Virus record (IMG/VR): IMGVR_UViG_3300044638_003544
Coordinates: 1 to 61,835 of that record
DNA from: a virus
Taxonomy: Duplodnaviria > Caudoviricetes
Strand: one strand, 5' to 3'
DNA: 61,835 nt
In this document: positions 41,731 through 52,481 of the stretch, in pieces
How positions within the stretch are numbered: the first letter of the stretch is position 1
Layout: each line of letters starts with the position of its first letter
Position numbers and translations under genes: made by a program
The notes under the pieces: generated by a model
Database searches by the model: none
Told to the model about the DNA's origin: nothing
The model's input: only the letters and a program-made list of their open reading frames with translations

Positions 41731-43293
41731 TTATTGCTGTTGTCTTCCGTCACCCTGAGTAGCTCTTGATCCAGTTCCAGTATCTGCAGCATTTGCATCT
41801 CTTTGTTGATCCCTCAACCTATTTCCAGAAGCCTGTGTTCTTTGTTCTGCTGCTTGTTGTGGCTTAAGAACAACTGGTGTGTCTCCATCAGGAAGTTGCG
41901 ACATTCCAAGTCTAGCTCTTACTTCGTTAGGCATAATAACCTGCATTCTAAGGTATCTTTCATCAATTTTTGACTGAGTGTCTTCGTCTGTAAGGGTAAG
42001 CTCGTTAAACTTTAGCTTAAACATATCTGTTTTTTCTGCAACAAGCCTATTAATGGATTTTCCAAGAGCATCTTGTTCTGGACGACAAACCTGTTCTTTA
42101 AAGGTTTTATCTGCTTCACGAGCGTTAGCAAGAGAAATGTTTTCCATGCTTCCAATCTTTGAAATTGGAACCCTATGAGCCATTAAAATTTCGTGAATAT
42201 TAGACTTTCTATAATTATTAAAGGAAGAGTCTTGAATTCCATTTTCAATTGCCTCCATTTTAACTTCGACTTTATTTCCATTTCCATCATCTGCAGGAAG
42301 GGGAACAACAACTGTTCTATGGTTTTGTCCACGAAGATTATTAGAAAAGAAGTCAAATAGCTTCTGCTCAGCGTCTCTTGAAAGCTTCGCTCCCTTAATC
42401 CAAAAAACATATCTTGGAACAGCTTTATTTTCAAAGTATTCAAGGTTAAACTTGGAAGCAAACTCATTACCAGCCATAGCATTTTTTGCTGCAACAATTG
42501 CAGGAATTCCATAATAAGTGTTTGTTGGAGTATAGGTTTTAAGGTGAATAATTTCATTTGGACGAGGATCGTCACCAATTGGATTAGACTGACTTACGTC
42601 TTGAAAATTTCTAAAAAATACTGCTTTTCCATTTACTATCTGAACAAATCCATCACGAAGACGGCGAACACGAATAGTAGAAGCTGGGATGTGACCAATA
42701 TATCCAATTTCACCAGTTGTGGTTCTACCAATTTCAAGATATCCGTTACCAGTTGATTCCTTATCAATAAGGGCTTTCATTAAAGTTGCAGTAAAAGTAT
42801 CTTCGTCATTTCTTGACTCTAGCCACTCAATTGTAGATTCTCTTGCTCTATCAATTTTTTTTCTTGCACGACTTAATCTTTCTGGATCATTAATGTCTTC
42901 AAGTGCTTGCATTACACTAAGTGATGGGTCTAGAGAATATCCAAGACCAACAACGTTTGAAACTTTTGCATTAATTGCAGCAAAGTTTGCTGCAGAAACT
43001 TCATATATTCTGGAAAGAGAATTCATGTTGTATGGAGCTTCAACGACATCAAAGATTCCGTATCCATACTTATCTGGAACTATTTGCTTTGAAGAAGATC
43101 CATCTCCAGTAAGGCTGTTGTTATCTGCCTTTTCAATCTTTCTTTTGGCAGCTCTTCTAAAATTATGGCTTAATCCAGATAGCTTCATTACCTCATCAGC
43201 AGGTTGGTTAAAATCATCTTTAGAGGTTGTAAAGTCATTTTCTGCTTTTTTTACAGAAAGCATACTGACATCAGAGCCGTTAATTTCTTGCAT
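41731..43293 (-). CDS. Portal protein
   Basis: TGNGYLE, NEIIH, YYGIP, HRVP, PNEVRARLG. Confidence 0.92.
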   Translation of the reverse strand: MQEINGSDVSMLSVKKAENDFTTSKDDFNQPADEVMKLSGLSHNFRRAAKRKIEKADNNSLTGDGSSSKQIVPDKYGYGIFDVVEAPYNMNSLSRIYEVSAANFAAINAKVSNVVGLGYSLDPSLSVMQALEDINDPERLSRARKKIDRARESTIEWLESRNDEDTFTATLMKALIDKESTGNGYLEIGRTTTGEIGYIGHIPASTIRVRRLRDGFVQIVNGKAVFFRNFQDVSQSNPIGDDPRPNEIIHLKTYTPTNTYYGIPAIVAAKNAMAGNEFASKFNLEYFENKAVPRYVFWIKGAKLSRDAEQKLFDFFSNNLRGQNHRTVVVPLPADDGNGNKVEVKMEAIENGIQDSSFNNYRKSNIHEILMAHRVPISKIGSMENISLANAREADKTFKEQVCRPEQDALGKSINRLVAEKTDMFKLKFNELTLTDEDTQSKIDERYLRMQVIMPNEVRARLGMSQLPDGDTPVVLKPQQAAEQRTQASGNRLRDQQRDANAADTGTGSRATQGDGRQQQ

Positions 43294-43612
43294 TTTGAAT
43301 TACCTCTCTCCAGTTTTCTGTATCTCCATAAGGAGTCAAACCTTCAGCCATTCTTTCGTGATCTTCTCTTGACTGATCATCGGATACTCTTCCAACTCCA
43401 GGCATAAACTTTGCTTCACCTTCTGGTTTGCCCCAATAAGCAGCTGCGTCAGCTAGGGATTTCATTTTTGAAATATCATATTTTCTAGAAGGAACGTTTA
43501 GTGTATTACCACTATCATCCATAAATGGTTCGCCATTTGGCAATATCCAGACATAGATTCCATATTCTGCTTTGCTTTCTACAGCATTTACTTTATTTTT
43601 TGTATTTGACAT
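43280..43612 (-). CDS. Conserved hypothetical protein upstream of portal
   Basis: GIYVW..P.G..F.D..GN.LN.PS; leaderless start after TGGTATCAT. Confidence 0.7.
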   Translation of the reverse strand: MSNTKNKVNAVESKAEYGIYVWILPNGEPFMDDSGNTLNVPSRKYDISKMKSLADAAAYWGKPEGEAKFMPGVGRVSDDQSREDHERMAEGLTPYGDTENWREVIQNARN

Positions 43613-43652
43613 ACCACCATGATACCATTTTTATAATAATTAAGCAAAGTAT

Positions 43653-46600
43653 CTAATAGTATCTAACTCTTGCTTCAATGTTTGCAGTATCTGAGTTATA
43701 TGCAACATATTTTTTCTGTGTAATAATCTGACCAAATGATTGATTTGAAGAAACGGTAGATTTTAAATAATAAGTGCTTCTGTTTTGCCAACCTTCTTTT
43801 ACAAAAACTACGGTTCCATCAGAAAGTGCAGTTTGCTTGGTAAGAACAAAATGTAGTTGGCTTGGGGCACCAGAATATACTACACTTGACACTTGATATA
43901 TTCCATTTTGACTAGGGGTAGTTTGATTTTTTAAAAGAATATAGTCGTTTAAAACCATCTCTACCTGATCTAATTTCAATAAGTCTCTGTTGCCAAAATA
44001 GTTAAGTCTCCAGTTATTTCCTGAAACATATGTAATTGCGACATTTGTGGTTGAAGACAATCTTGGACAAAGAGATCTAGATAAGAAAGATGTTTGATTT
44101 CCAAGTTTTTGATAAATGTGCGTTCCGTCAGATGTCTCTGTGTCATTTAAAACAAAATTCATATAAGATGAACTTTGACCAACTGGAACTCTTTCTGCAA
44201 TAGTTCCAAAGTAGGACTCATAAAAATAATTTATTCTTGAAGGAGCAAGGTCAGTGAGAATTACTGATATGTTATCTGCAACCCAAGACGCACCAGCATA
44301 CCCCATAAACAAGTTGCTATTATATGCAATTCCAGCTGTAAATTTTATACAGAAATGATTCCAGTTGCTAAAGTTATAGGTTGCACTGCTACTATATCTT
44401 TCTCCATTTATATATAGCTGAACGCCAGTTGGCTCTGGAGTGCCTAATGTTATGGTGTGTGAAGGTGAGGTTTCGGCTGTTCTCAAAAGCTCTACCTGAC
44501 TTGCTGTTCCAGAAACATGTCTTGCAGTAAACATTACTTCATAAATTTTAGGAGTTAGGTCAGTTACGGTTAATACATCACATGGTATTTTTATGTAAGG
44601 ATTTACAGAAGATACTGTAGATCCGTTTGGCAAAACAAAGCTTGCATTACTCCAAGCACCACCAACGGGAACTCCAGTAAAAAAAGACCTATGCAAGTCT
44701 GTTGTTTGTTCTACTTCTGGGAGAAGTAAAAATGGATGATTCACGCTATTACTATATCCAGAAAAATATTTAATATTTGATCCAGGAGAACTATCATTTA
44801 CTTCTACATAGTTTTTTGAAGACTCTACTCCAACTGGATATGTATAAATTCTAAAATGATCAATATGACCAGGTGTATTATTTGCATCAGTTGAATAAAG
44901 AGTTCCAGAAACTAAGTACTGAAGTTCTTGTGCTTTTACTGTACTCGTTATACCATATGGAATTCTTAATAAATTAATATCCTTGTTAGTCTCAATGGCT
45001 GTTACTACATTATCTACTATTTTATTTAACGTATAGGTAATTTCTGAACAGTTAGATCCAATATCAACCTTCGGAGCAAGTTTTATGTCTCCAACAGTTT
45101 TATCAAACGCCTCCATTCCAACTAATTCAAGTAGGCTTAGTGTTAGGTTAAATGTTCCTTTTGTAGCAATAGAAATTTTTCTAGTTTCTGGGTTAACATA
45201 AAGTTGATACAAGTTAGGTACTTTTTTAGTTGGATATGAAGCCCAGTTTGCTGTAACAGAAGTTGAGTCATATATATCAACTTGTTCTAAACCGCCATCA
45301 AATCTTCCAGTTTGCTCTTTTTCTATATTTGTTGGTGAAGTTTTTCCAAAAAATATTGGATATGTGCCAAATCTTATGTATGAGTTTTGAATTGGAAAAA
45401 TATTACAATCTGTAATTGTTCCAGTAGAACCGTTTCCAAGAGAATCGTTAACCCTAATGGAAACATCTTTTCCATTTTTAGCAAGAGAAACAAAAAAGTC
45501 ACTGGAAGAAGATCCTATTTCTTGCGTAAGCAAAGTGGTCTCTGATCCATTTTCTTCTTTATATTTTACGGTTACAGTTTTATTTACAATTAAGACGCTA
45601 ATGTATTTTGTATTTAAAGATTTTGATCCTATATACATAAGTTGCTGTTCTTCTGTTGTAGAGTGACCAGAAAGCAATTTAAACTTAGCTTCAATTTTTT
45701 TTGTTTCACCTAAAGTTATTGATTCATGGTCTGCTACTTCTAAATAAGTGTATCCATTACTAGGAAAAACCACATATCCAGAAGAAGATATCATATTTTC
45801 TTCTTGTAGTTGTGAATCATCTGACGAAAGAACTAAAGATTGATTATTAAAATTAAGTGTAGATAGCCCATCATTGTTTGACAACAAGTTGTTTAATGAT
45901 ATTGAGTTTGACCAAGTATTATAGTCTAAATAGTTTATTTGTTTTATTGGTGCTGTAAGTTGAAGATTTGTTTCATAGCTTACACCACCAGCACTCTTTA
46001 TTAAATATTTTGGTACATCATATCCCAAACCATAGACGTAGTGTCTTTTTGCTACTGAGGAGCCTAATGCCTGTGCATAAATAGCAACAGTGTCGTAAGA
46101 TATATTATCAAAATACGGTGAGGAGCTATTCATTCTATCTGGAAAAAGGAAATCTATTGTTCTTGTTTGTGCTGCTCCAAATATTTCTTCAGTTATTGTT
46201 GTTTTTGATCCAGCAACACCATTAACAAACAATTGAATTGAACCAGCATCATAAACAACTAAAACATGAAGGGGAGTATTCCATTCTCTGACGTGGACAG
46301 AAGACTCAAAAACTTTAAATCCAGAATCCCCTATCTTGAAAACTAAATAGTCTAAATCTCTAACATAAAGACCAGACAAGGAGTTTCCAGAAACCCCAAC
46401 AATTTTAGACTCACCTAATCTTGATGTTGGTCCAGAAGAAAGAGATTTTGTAGGAATTGAAAGATTCATCCAAAACTCTAAAGAATAAAAGTTTCCTCTA
46501 GTTGATGAAGAAAATTTTCCCAAAGATGGTATACTAAAAATTTTATTATTTGATGAATAATTTTCAGTATAAGATCCATTATTTTGAATACAAGCTATTC

Positions 46601-46763
46601 CACCATATGTAATTGGTACGGCTGATCTTGAAAAAGTAAAAGCTGTTCCATTGTACGCAGAATCACTTACAAATGGATCTGACTTTACAGTAGTTCCTGT
46701 GTTCATGTTTAGATCCCAGAACACCTCTGGGGAATCTTTTAATATAAGAGCAGAATATGACAT
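43653..46763 (-). CDS. Virion protein with LamG/ConA-like domain(s)
   Basis: MSYS..IL.DSP..FW, SLEFW, HV.VVYD..I.LFVNG; C-terminal LLKNQT..QNGIY. Confidence 0.7.
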   Translation of the reverse strand: MSYSALILKDSPEVFWDLNMNTGTTVKSDPFVSDSAYNGTAFTFSRSAVPITYGGIACIQNNGSYTENYSSNNKIFSIPSLGKFSSSTRGNFYSLEFWMNLSIPTKSLSSGPTSRLGESKIVGVSGNSLSGLYVRDLDYLVFKIGDSGFKVFESSVHVREWNTPLHVLVVYDAGSIQLFVNGVAGSKTTITEEIFGAAQTRTIDFLFPDRMNSSSPYFDNISYDTVAIYAQALGSSVAKRHYVYGLGYDVPKYLIKSAGGVSYETNLQLTAPIKQINYLDYNTWSNSISLNNLLSNNDGLSTLNFNNQSLVLSSDDSQLQEENMISSSGYVVFPSNGYTYLEVADHESITLGETKKIEAKFKLLSGHSTTEEQQLMYIGSKSLNTKYISVLIVNKTVTVKYKEENGSETTLLTQEIGSSSSDFFVSLAKNGKDVSIRVNDSLGNGSTGTITDCNIFPIQNSYIRFGTYPIFFGKTSPTNIEKEQTGRFDGGLEQVDIYDSTSVTANWASYPTKKVPNLYQLYVNPETRKISIATKGTFNLTLSLLELVGMEAFDKTVGDIKLAPKVDIGSNCSEITYTLNKIVDNVVTAIETNKDINLLRIPYGITSTVKAQELQYLVSGTLYSTDANNTPGHIDHFRIYTYPVGVESSKNYVEVNDSSPGSNIKYFSGYSNSVNHPFLLLPEVEQTTDLHRSFFTGVPVGGAWSNASFVLPNGSTVSSVNPYIKIPCDVLTVTDLTPKIYEVMFTARHVSGTASQVELLRTAETSPSHTITLGTPEPTGVQLYINGERYSSSATYNFSNWNHFCIKFTAGIAYNSNLFMGYAGASWVADNISVILTDLAPSRINYFYESYFGTIAERVPVGQSSSYMNFVLNDTETSDGTHIYQKLGNQTSFLSRSLCPRLSSTTNVAITYVSGNNWRLNYFGNRDLLKLDQVEMVLNDYILLKNQTTPSQNGIYQVSSVVYSGAPSQLHFVLTKQTALSDGTVVFVKEGWQNRSTYYLKSTVSSNQSFGQIITQKKYVAYNSDTANIEARVRYY

Positions 46764-46779
46764 AAGAACCTCTTATACA

Positions 46780-48723
46780 TTATACAGGTTTAGCGGTACC
46801 AAAATCACTTATATCACAAGCACCTGCAACACAAGCAAGATCCTGAACACTTGTAGTTCCATCAAATGTTTCATAAATCTCTAGCCATTTCCAATCAAGA
46901 TCTGATGGGGTTTCTGAAACAAGAACATTATATTCTTCTTTTGATATTTCTTGATATGGAGCTTGTTGATAGGTATGCTCTGAATAAGGCAAGAATGAAA
47001 CTCCTGACATCTCATCAATATGATCGTAGACCCAAGCACCAACTGCCATCCATTCATTTTCCTTTACAGAAATAGTAATAGAAGGCTTATGCTCTGCCCA
47101 GTGACGCTGATAAGCTAACCAAATATCTAAATGTTCAATTGCGGTTAGATTCTCACGAAGCGTTGCACCTTCTGGTGCAGCAATTGGAAAAGTGAAAACC
47201 ATTGTATCGTTTGGCTTCATTACATCTGGTTCATGCTTAATACCCATGTCAACAAGAAATGCTGTAATTGGATCTTTCATGTCTCCACGAATAGTACGAG
47301 CATATTGCTGTGAGTGCCAAGGATGCATACCAGACGAAGAATTAACTAACTGAGAAACGGTTCCTGAAGGCTTGACACAAGTAATTGCTGCTGCTTGATT
47401 AATTCCAATTTCCTTTGCCCATTTTTCATTTACCTTTACCGAATGCTCACGCAAAGCATCTAGCCACTCTGCTAATTTGTCCATACCTTCAGAACCGTTA
47501 AGAACTCTATGAGAAAGCTGACCAGTTAAAGAAACACCAAGTAATCTTTCTTCTTCAGAATTCTTTTGCCAAATTTTACGAAGGTACTTAAATCTAGTAA
47601 ATGTTGATTGTACTGTTCCAAGAATAGTTGCAATTTCAACTTTTGCTTTTAGATCTTCCAAGGTATCTGTATCACGAACGACTACTTCTGTTAGGTTACA
47701 AAATTGATATGGACGCAAAATAATTTCTGAACATGGATTGGTTCCAAAATCTACTGTAGAGTCTCTACGACCATTTTTTGCTGCAACTCTTTGTGCTGCT
47801 TCACGACTAAAGATTCCACGCTCTCCAGACTTTGAGTCATATAGGGCTTTCCATTCATCCATAAACACTTCCATTGTTGGACGAGTGCTATATACCGCTG
47901 AGTTGTTTGCAAGAGCTCTTTGACCTGAGTACTCCCACCAAGAGCCAGACTTTGCTGCTGCCATATTTCTATCTTCAAGATCTGATAGTGAGATCATTGC
48001 TGAACGGCGGACACCACCAACAACTACAACTTCTGCAATCTTACACATGATGTCGTGTGCTTCTAGTGGAGTTAACTTTCTACCTGCTGCACTCTTAATA
48101 AGAGCAACAGAAAACTTAAATAATCTATCTAGTGGATCTGGACCAGAAGCACGACCACCAAATGTTTTTAGACGAGCACCTGCAGGACGAACCTGTGACA
48201 TATCCCATGTTGGAACTTGACCTTGCCAAAGTAATGCAAGAAGTTCTTTTAAGGATCTAGCCCAACCAGCCTTAGAGTCTTCTACAACGATTACAGAACT
48301 GGTGGTCTCAAAGTGTTCTGAAACTTCTGGAAGCTGATTTACATATCTTGACTCAACAGAATAACCAACACCAGTTCCACACATAAGGATATACATTGCT
48401 TCATCAAAAGATCGTAGACTATCTACTGGCATGTAAGCACAATTGTAGATGCAGGTATTATCACGTTCTAAGGCAGGTCCTGCCGTCATAAAGGCTCTCA
48501 TTGATGGCATAACATCAGTTTTTAAAATAGCCTCTGAGATTTGATTCTTTATCTTATCAGACATCTTATAATTACTGTGTCTATCTAGAGCATCAAAGAT
48601 ATAGTCTGAATAGCGAGCAACTGTTTCGTCCCAGTTTTCTCTTCTATTTTCTTGTTCCATCCACCTCGCATAACGTGTTTTATGAATTACTTGCTGATAT
48701 GCGGTAGGCAATGAAACTGACAT
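46780..48723 (-). CDS. nrdJ: Class II (adenosylcobalamin-dependent) ribonucleotide reductase
   Basis: MPSMR, YNC, GVRRSA, TNPCSEI, CNLTEV, CVKPSGT, C-terminal CxxxxC; no small-subunit gene nearby. Confidence 0.92.
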   Translation of the reverse strand: MSVSLPTAYQQVIHKTRYARWMEQENRRENWDETVARYSDYIFDALDRHSNYKMSDKIKNQISEAILKTDVMPSMRAFMTAGPALERDNTCIYNCAYMPVDSLRSFDEAMYILMCGTGVGYSVESRYVNQLPEVSEHFETTSSVIVVEDSKAGWARSLKELLALLWQGQVPTWDMSQVRPAGARLKTFGGRASGPDPLDRLFKFSVALIKSAAGRKLTPLEAHDIMCKIAEVVVVGGVRRSAMISLSDLEDRNMAAAKSGSWWEYSGQRALANNSAVYSTRPTMEVFMDEWKALYDSKSGERGIFSREAAQRVAAKNGRRDSTVDFGTNPCSEIILRPYQFCNLTEVVVRDTDTLEDLKAKVEIATILGTVQSTFTRFKYLRKIWQKNSEEERLLGVSLTGQLSHRVLNGSEGMDKLAEWLDALREHSVKVNEKWAKEIGINQAAAITCVKPSGTVSQLVNSSSGMHPWHSQQYARTIRGDMKDPITAFLVDMGIKHEPDVMKPNDTMVFTFPIAAPEGATLRENLTAIEHLDIWLAYQRHWAEHKPSITISVKENEWMAVGAWVYDHIDEMSGVSFLPYSEHTYQQAPYQEISKEEYNVLVSETPSDLDWKWLEIYETFDGTTSVQDLACVAGACDISDFGTAKPV

Positions 48724-48774
48724 TTTTACTCCAAAATTTTATAAGATTATCCTCCTGAATGGGAGGTAGATACT

Positions 48775-48803
48775 ATTGTACCTGACGTATCGTTAATGGT
48801 CAA
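48775..48803 (-). promoter_or_regulatory. SigA-type promoter for nrdJ
   Basis: Minus strand TTGACC-17 nt-TACAAT; back-to-back with plus-strand TAGAAT (48811-48816). Confidence 0.55.
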
Positions 48804-48822
48804 CTCAGGGTAGAATTGTTAG

Positions 48823-49050
48823 ATGATAACAATACAAGAAGCTCATAAATATTTACAACTAGCAAATTTAGGAATGGCTAAGCAAATACTTTGCCCATTA
48901 GATAACGAACACTTACCAATGGTGTCTTGGATGAATGAAGAAGATGAAGTTTACTTTTTATGTATAGCTTGTAACACTAAACTTACTCCTGGAGACTTTT
49001 TAGAAAAGAAAATAAAACTTGTAATTCAAAACTTTACACAATCGTTATAA
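48823..49050 (+). CDS. Small Cys-containing hypothetical protein
   Basis: CPLD...CIAC; ATG 6 nt after TAGAAT (leaderless). Confidence 0.7.
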   Translation: MITIQEAHKYLQLANLGMAKQILCPLDNEHLPMVSWMNEEDEVYFLCIACNTKLTPGDFLEKKIKLVIQNFTQSL

Positions 49051-49168
49051 TTGTGTTTTTCAATAAATACGGTGTTTTGATTTTGCATAGAGAAAAAGTT
49101 TTGATATAATTCTTACTGGGGGGTAGGGGGGAGAGGTTAGCAAATATCCTAAATATAAAAAATATAGG

Positions 49169-49501
49169 TTAAGCGGTAACATCTCCAGTAACTAATATAG
49201 GTCCCTGCAGAATAGTAGATATAACATTAGAGTTAGTCATTTCAATATCATAAACATACTTTTTACCTGCAACTAAATTAACAGACTGTGTAGCAGGAAG
49301 AGTAACTAATACTACTCCTTGGGAAGCATTTTCTATAGTAAAAGTAAACGATGCAACTACATCAGATTTTCCACGCTCTTTAATTTCTCCAGCAAAGTTA
49401 TGACTAGTAACATTGTATCTGACTAATCCGTCTGCTAGAGTCATTCTAAAAGCAAATGTATCTCCACGATATACTTTGAACGATTTAAATCCTGGTAACA
49501 T
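49169..49501 (-). CDS. Small virion protein (BppU-N-like)
   Basis: YRGDTF...YVYDIEM...LQG motif. Confidence 0.65.
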   Translation of the reverse strand: MLPGFKSFKVYRGDTFAFRMTLADGLVRYNVTSHNFAGEIKERGKSDVVASFTFTIENASQGVVLVTLPATQSVNLVAGKKYVYDIEMTNSNVISTILQGPILVTGDVTA

Positions 49502-51003
49502 TAACCTGTCACCACTACTCGATAATCCCCTGATGTTGGTGCAGTATTGAAGTATACGGTTACTGTATCTACTGTGGCATACTCAACAGCAGTTTCAACC
49601 TGAGCATAAGGTGAAGCAGTTTCATAAACTTGAACGGTGACATCTCTTGTATTTAAGTTGTGTGTAATTGTGTATGAAGTAGCTGATCCACTTATAGCAG
49701 TAGCATACTTTCTGGCAATTGAATGCTCTACTGCTGCATCTGCAGTATCTTTAGGACTTGATACAGTCCAAAGATTTGATGTTTCATTCCACAAAATTGA
49801 AGCATTTGTGTACGATCCACGCTCAACTTCAAGACCTGCATTCAAAGAAGGAGTTCCAGTTACAGTTGAATTAAGTAAGAACAAGTTATCTTCAACATTA
49901 ATTGTTGAAGTTGAAACTGAATTAATTGAACCAGTAACGTCAAGGTCTCCAGTTATTGTAAGGGTTCCGCCAATTGTTACATCATTTGGAAGACCAATCG
50001 TTACGGATCCAGAGTATGGACCTACTCCAGTAGCGTTTAATTCAATTTCGTTGGCTGTTCCAGTAATGCTTGTTACGCCAGAGTTGGTAAAAGTGATTGT
50101 GTCTGTAGTTGCATCTGTTGTTACGGCTATTCCACTACCAACAACTGTTAAAGTATCAGCATTGGTATCTGCAGCTATGCTTGTTTGACCAGAAACTGCA
50201 ATTGTCTTAAATATATTTTGTGAAGAACCTTTATCCGTGTTTGTAAAGGCTAGAGTTCCAGCCCCAGTTGAGTTATCTGTATATGCTACAGAAATTCCAT
50301 CGTGAGTAGCTGCAGTAATCATTGTAGAAGCGGTGTCTTCCACATACTCTTGAATTCCAGTTAGCGTTGAAGTTGTGTGATTATGTGAATCATCTGCTAC
50401 TGCCGTTGTAATTTCTACGTTACCAAGATTTGTTACGGTATTAGTACCTGAAACATCACCAGAAAGGGTAATTGAAAAATCTGCTACGTCAAAGTCAAGT
50501 GTATTATCGTCATCTTGGTAAGTTACAGAAATTCCATTTTCAGTGTTTGATGTTACCATTGCACCAATAGTGTCTGCTACCGCTTCGCTAAAATCTGAAA
50601 TTTTTCCAGATGTAATATCTGGAATGTCTGTTGCTACAAGTGATCTAAATGTTGGAATAGCTGCTGTTGAACCAGTTCCTGGACCAGCAAGAACAGTGTT
50701 AACTGCTGCCGTATTCCATTCAAAGGCTAGAGTTCCAGTTGCACTCGCAGGAGAACCTGATACTGTAAATAAGTCTGGGGCATCAAGGGAAATAGAAACG
50801 GTTGGGGCATCATCTGTATAAGCAAGTGTCTTCCAAGCAGTACCGTTGTATACCTTTAGGTGGTTAGCTGAGGAATCACCAGCTGTCCAGTAGATTACTC
50901 TACCTGTTGTTCCTGTTGGATTAGTTGAAAAATCTTCAAAGATAAATCTTCTTGCCTTGTTAAGTCCAAGGTCTAAATCGACTGTAAATAGTCTAGATGC
51001 CAT
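49501..51003 (-). CDS. Fibre-like virion protein
   Basis: [30 protein letters not shown]-terminal [14 protein letters not shown]; start set at ATG 51003. Confidence 0.7.
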   Translation of the reverse strand: MASRLFTVDLDLGLNKARRFIFEDFSTNPTGTTGRVIYWTAGDSSANHLKVYNGTAWKTLAYTDDAPTVSISLDAPDLFTVSGSPASATGTLAFEWNTAAVNTVLAGPGTGSTAAIPTFRSLVATDIPDITSGKISDFSEAVADTIGAMVTSNTENGISVTYQDDDNTLDFDVADFSITLSGDVSGTNTVTNLGNVEITTAVADDSHNHTTSTLTGIQEYVEDTASTMITAATHDGISVAYTDNSTGAGTLAFTNTDKGSSQNIFKTIAVSGQTSIAADTNADTLTVVGSGIAVTTDATTDTITFTNSGVTSITGTANEIELNATGVGPYSGSVTIGLPNDVTIGGTLTITGDLDVTGSINSVSTSTINVEDNLFLLNSTVTGTPSLNAGLEVERGSYTNASILWNETSNLWTVSSPKDTADAAVEHSIARKYATAISGSATSYTITHNLNTRDVTVQVYETASPYAQVETAVEYATVDTVTVYFNTAPTSGDYRVVVTG

Positions 51004-51033
51004 GTTGTTCAATTCCCTATTTTAAATTTACAA

Positions 51034-51522
51034 CTAGGTTAGGTATGCAGTACCGCTCATAGATGTATTCATAATAATTCTAACAGAACTTGTGTTCAAA
51101 TATCGAATATCTGCCTCAATAATTCTGGGTGGAGTGTCATTATCTAATATTGTCACATTTGGGAAAAACCCAAGGTTGTGATTAATAGTCCAGTCATTTG
51201 ATACCTCAGTTTGAGTATGAACATATCTAACATGATTTACTGGATTAGCGTTAATATCTGGATAATCTATGGTTACATGTCCAGTTTTACCATTTACTGA
51301 CTGAACCATAGCAGTAGTTTCAACGTTTGAAACTTGTACGGCTAAGTCTGGTGCATTATCTGTAAGGGTAACTGAAGTAATAGAATCGGTGGTATCAATA
51401 GTTACCACATCTACATCTTGGACAGTATTAACGGATACAGAATTAATTTCTTCTACTGGAGAAACTGTTATGGTATCAAGTATTTCAACTTCTGTAATTG
51501 TAATAGTATCTGGAATAGCCAT
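51034..51522 (-). CDS. Fibre-associated virion protein
   Basis: VQSVNGKTG, HTQ...WTINHNLG..P motifs; leaderless start after TGCTATAAT. Confidence 0.7.
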   Translation of the reverse strand: MAIPDTITITEVEILDTITVSPVEEINSVSVNTVQDVDVVTIDTTDSITSVTLTDNAPDLAVQVSNVETTAMVQSVNGKTGHVTIDYPDINANPVNHVRYVHTQTEVSNDWTINHNLGFFPNVTILDNDTPPRIIEADIRYLNTSSVRIIMNTSMSGTAYLT

Positions 51523-51529
51523 ACTTTGA

Positions 51530-52477
51530 TTATAGCATTAATCGTGACTCAACATTATCAAAATGTTCAGTAACTACACGATTCCAATCATATTTTTCAT
51601 GTACTTTTGGAGCTAGTTCAAACTGTTTGGTTGCCAGGCTTTCATAATTAGATACAACATATTCAATCATTCCTACAAAGTCCCAATACAGTGGCTTATA
51701 CATTTTTCCAGGATGCCATTTTTGCCATGGGCTTTTAACTAAGTCCGATCCAATGCCAAGACCAAGATTAAATTCTTTATAATCACACCATTCCTCTGTA
51801 CTTATTACTGGCATACCAGTAGCCATTGCTTGAAGTGGAATTAGTCCAAATCCTTCTCCCCAAGATGGGTAAAGAAGAATGTGATGCTCATGCATTAATG
51901 TGATTAGATTAGAATACGTCATGTCTCTGGCTATTACAGTTATGTTGGGCTCTCCTGGATCAAAATCTGCACCCTCATATGTTTTAACTGTTAGGTGATA
52001 ATCCATATTGCCCTTGTAAAGCTCTAGGAACGCCTTAGTGACATCTGGCAGGTTTTTTCGTAGTGCAGGGTAGCCAATGTGCAGAAACTTTACAGGACCC
52101 TCTAGTGACCTTTTCTTAGGAACAAACCTTTCGTCTACTCCATGTGGAAATACAAATATTTCTCTGTCAAAGTAGTTTTCAAAAACATCTTTTGTAAATT
52201 TGTTTGGAACCCATAACTCATCACATTTTGAGTTGATTATGTCTTTCCATCCTTCTTGCAATTCTGTAGATTCCCATGCAACGTATCCAACTTTTACGGA
52301 GTTGGTATCTTCTGAAAATTTGTAAAAATTTGGATGGGTAAAATTAAACTCTAAGTCAGCACCTCTATCGATATAGATCTTGTGCTTTGTTTCATTTATG
52401 GTCTTTAATAAACGCATAGTAACGTAACCATGCCCAGTCTGTGGAGCACCACAGCCATTGCTAAAGCTAATTCTCAT
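51530..52477 (-). CDS. Glycosyltransferase family 4 (GT-B)
   Basis: RKN, YPSWGEGFGLIPLQAMATGMPVI. Confidence 0.9.
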   Translation of the reverse strand: MRISFSNGCGAPQTGHGYVTMRLLKTINETKHKIYIDRGADLEFNFTHPNFYKFSEDTNSVKVGYVAWESTELQEGWKDIINSKCDELWVPNKFTKDVFENYFDREIFVFPHGVDERFVPKKRSLEGPVKFLHIGYPALRKNLPDVTKAFLELYKGNMDYHLTVKTYEGADFDPGEPNITVIARDMTYSNLITLMHEHHILLYPSWGEGFGLIPLQAMATGMPVISTEEWCDYKEFNLGLGIGSDLVKSPWQKWHPGKMYKPLYWDFVGMIEYVVSNYESLATKQFELAPKVHEKYDWNRVVTEHFDNVESRLML

Positions 52478-52481
52478 TTTT

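Noticed and set aside
42719-43372. 217-aa plus-strand ORF and other antisense ORFs over dnaE, tape measure, fibre and hsp20 genes
   Set aside because: They lie opposite well-supported genes and show no motifs or translation signals.
617-48723. Inteins, introns or stop-codon recoding in dnaE, dnaB and nrdJ
   Set aside because: The ORFs are continuous and of normal length under the standard code; I saw no splicing motifs.
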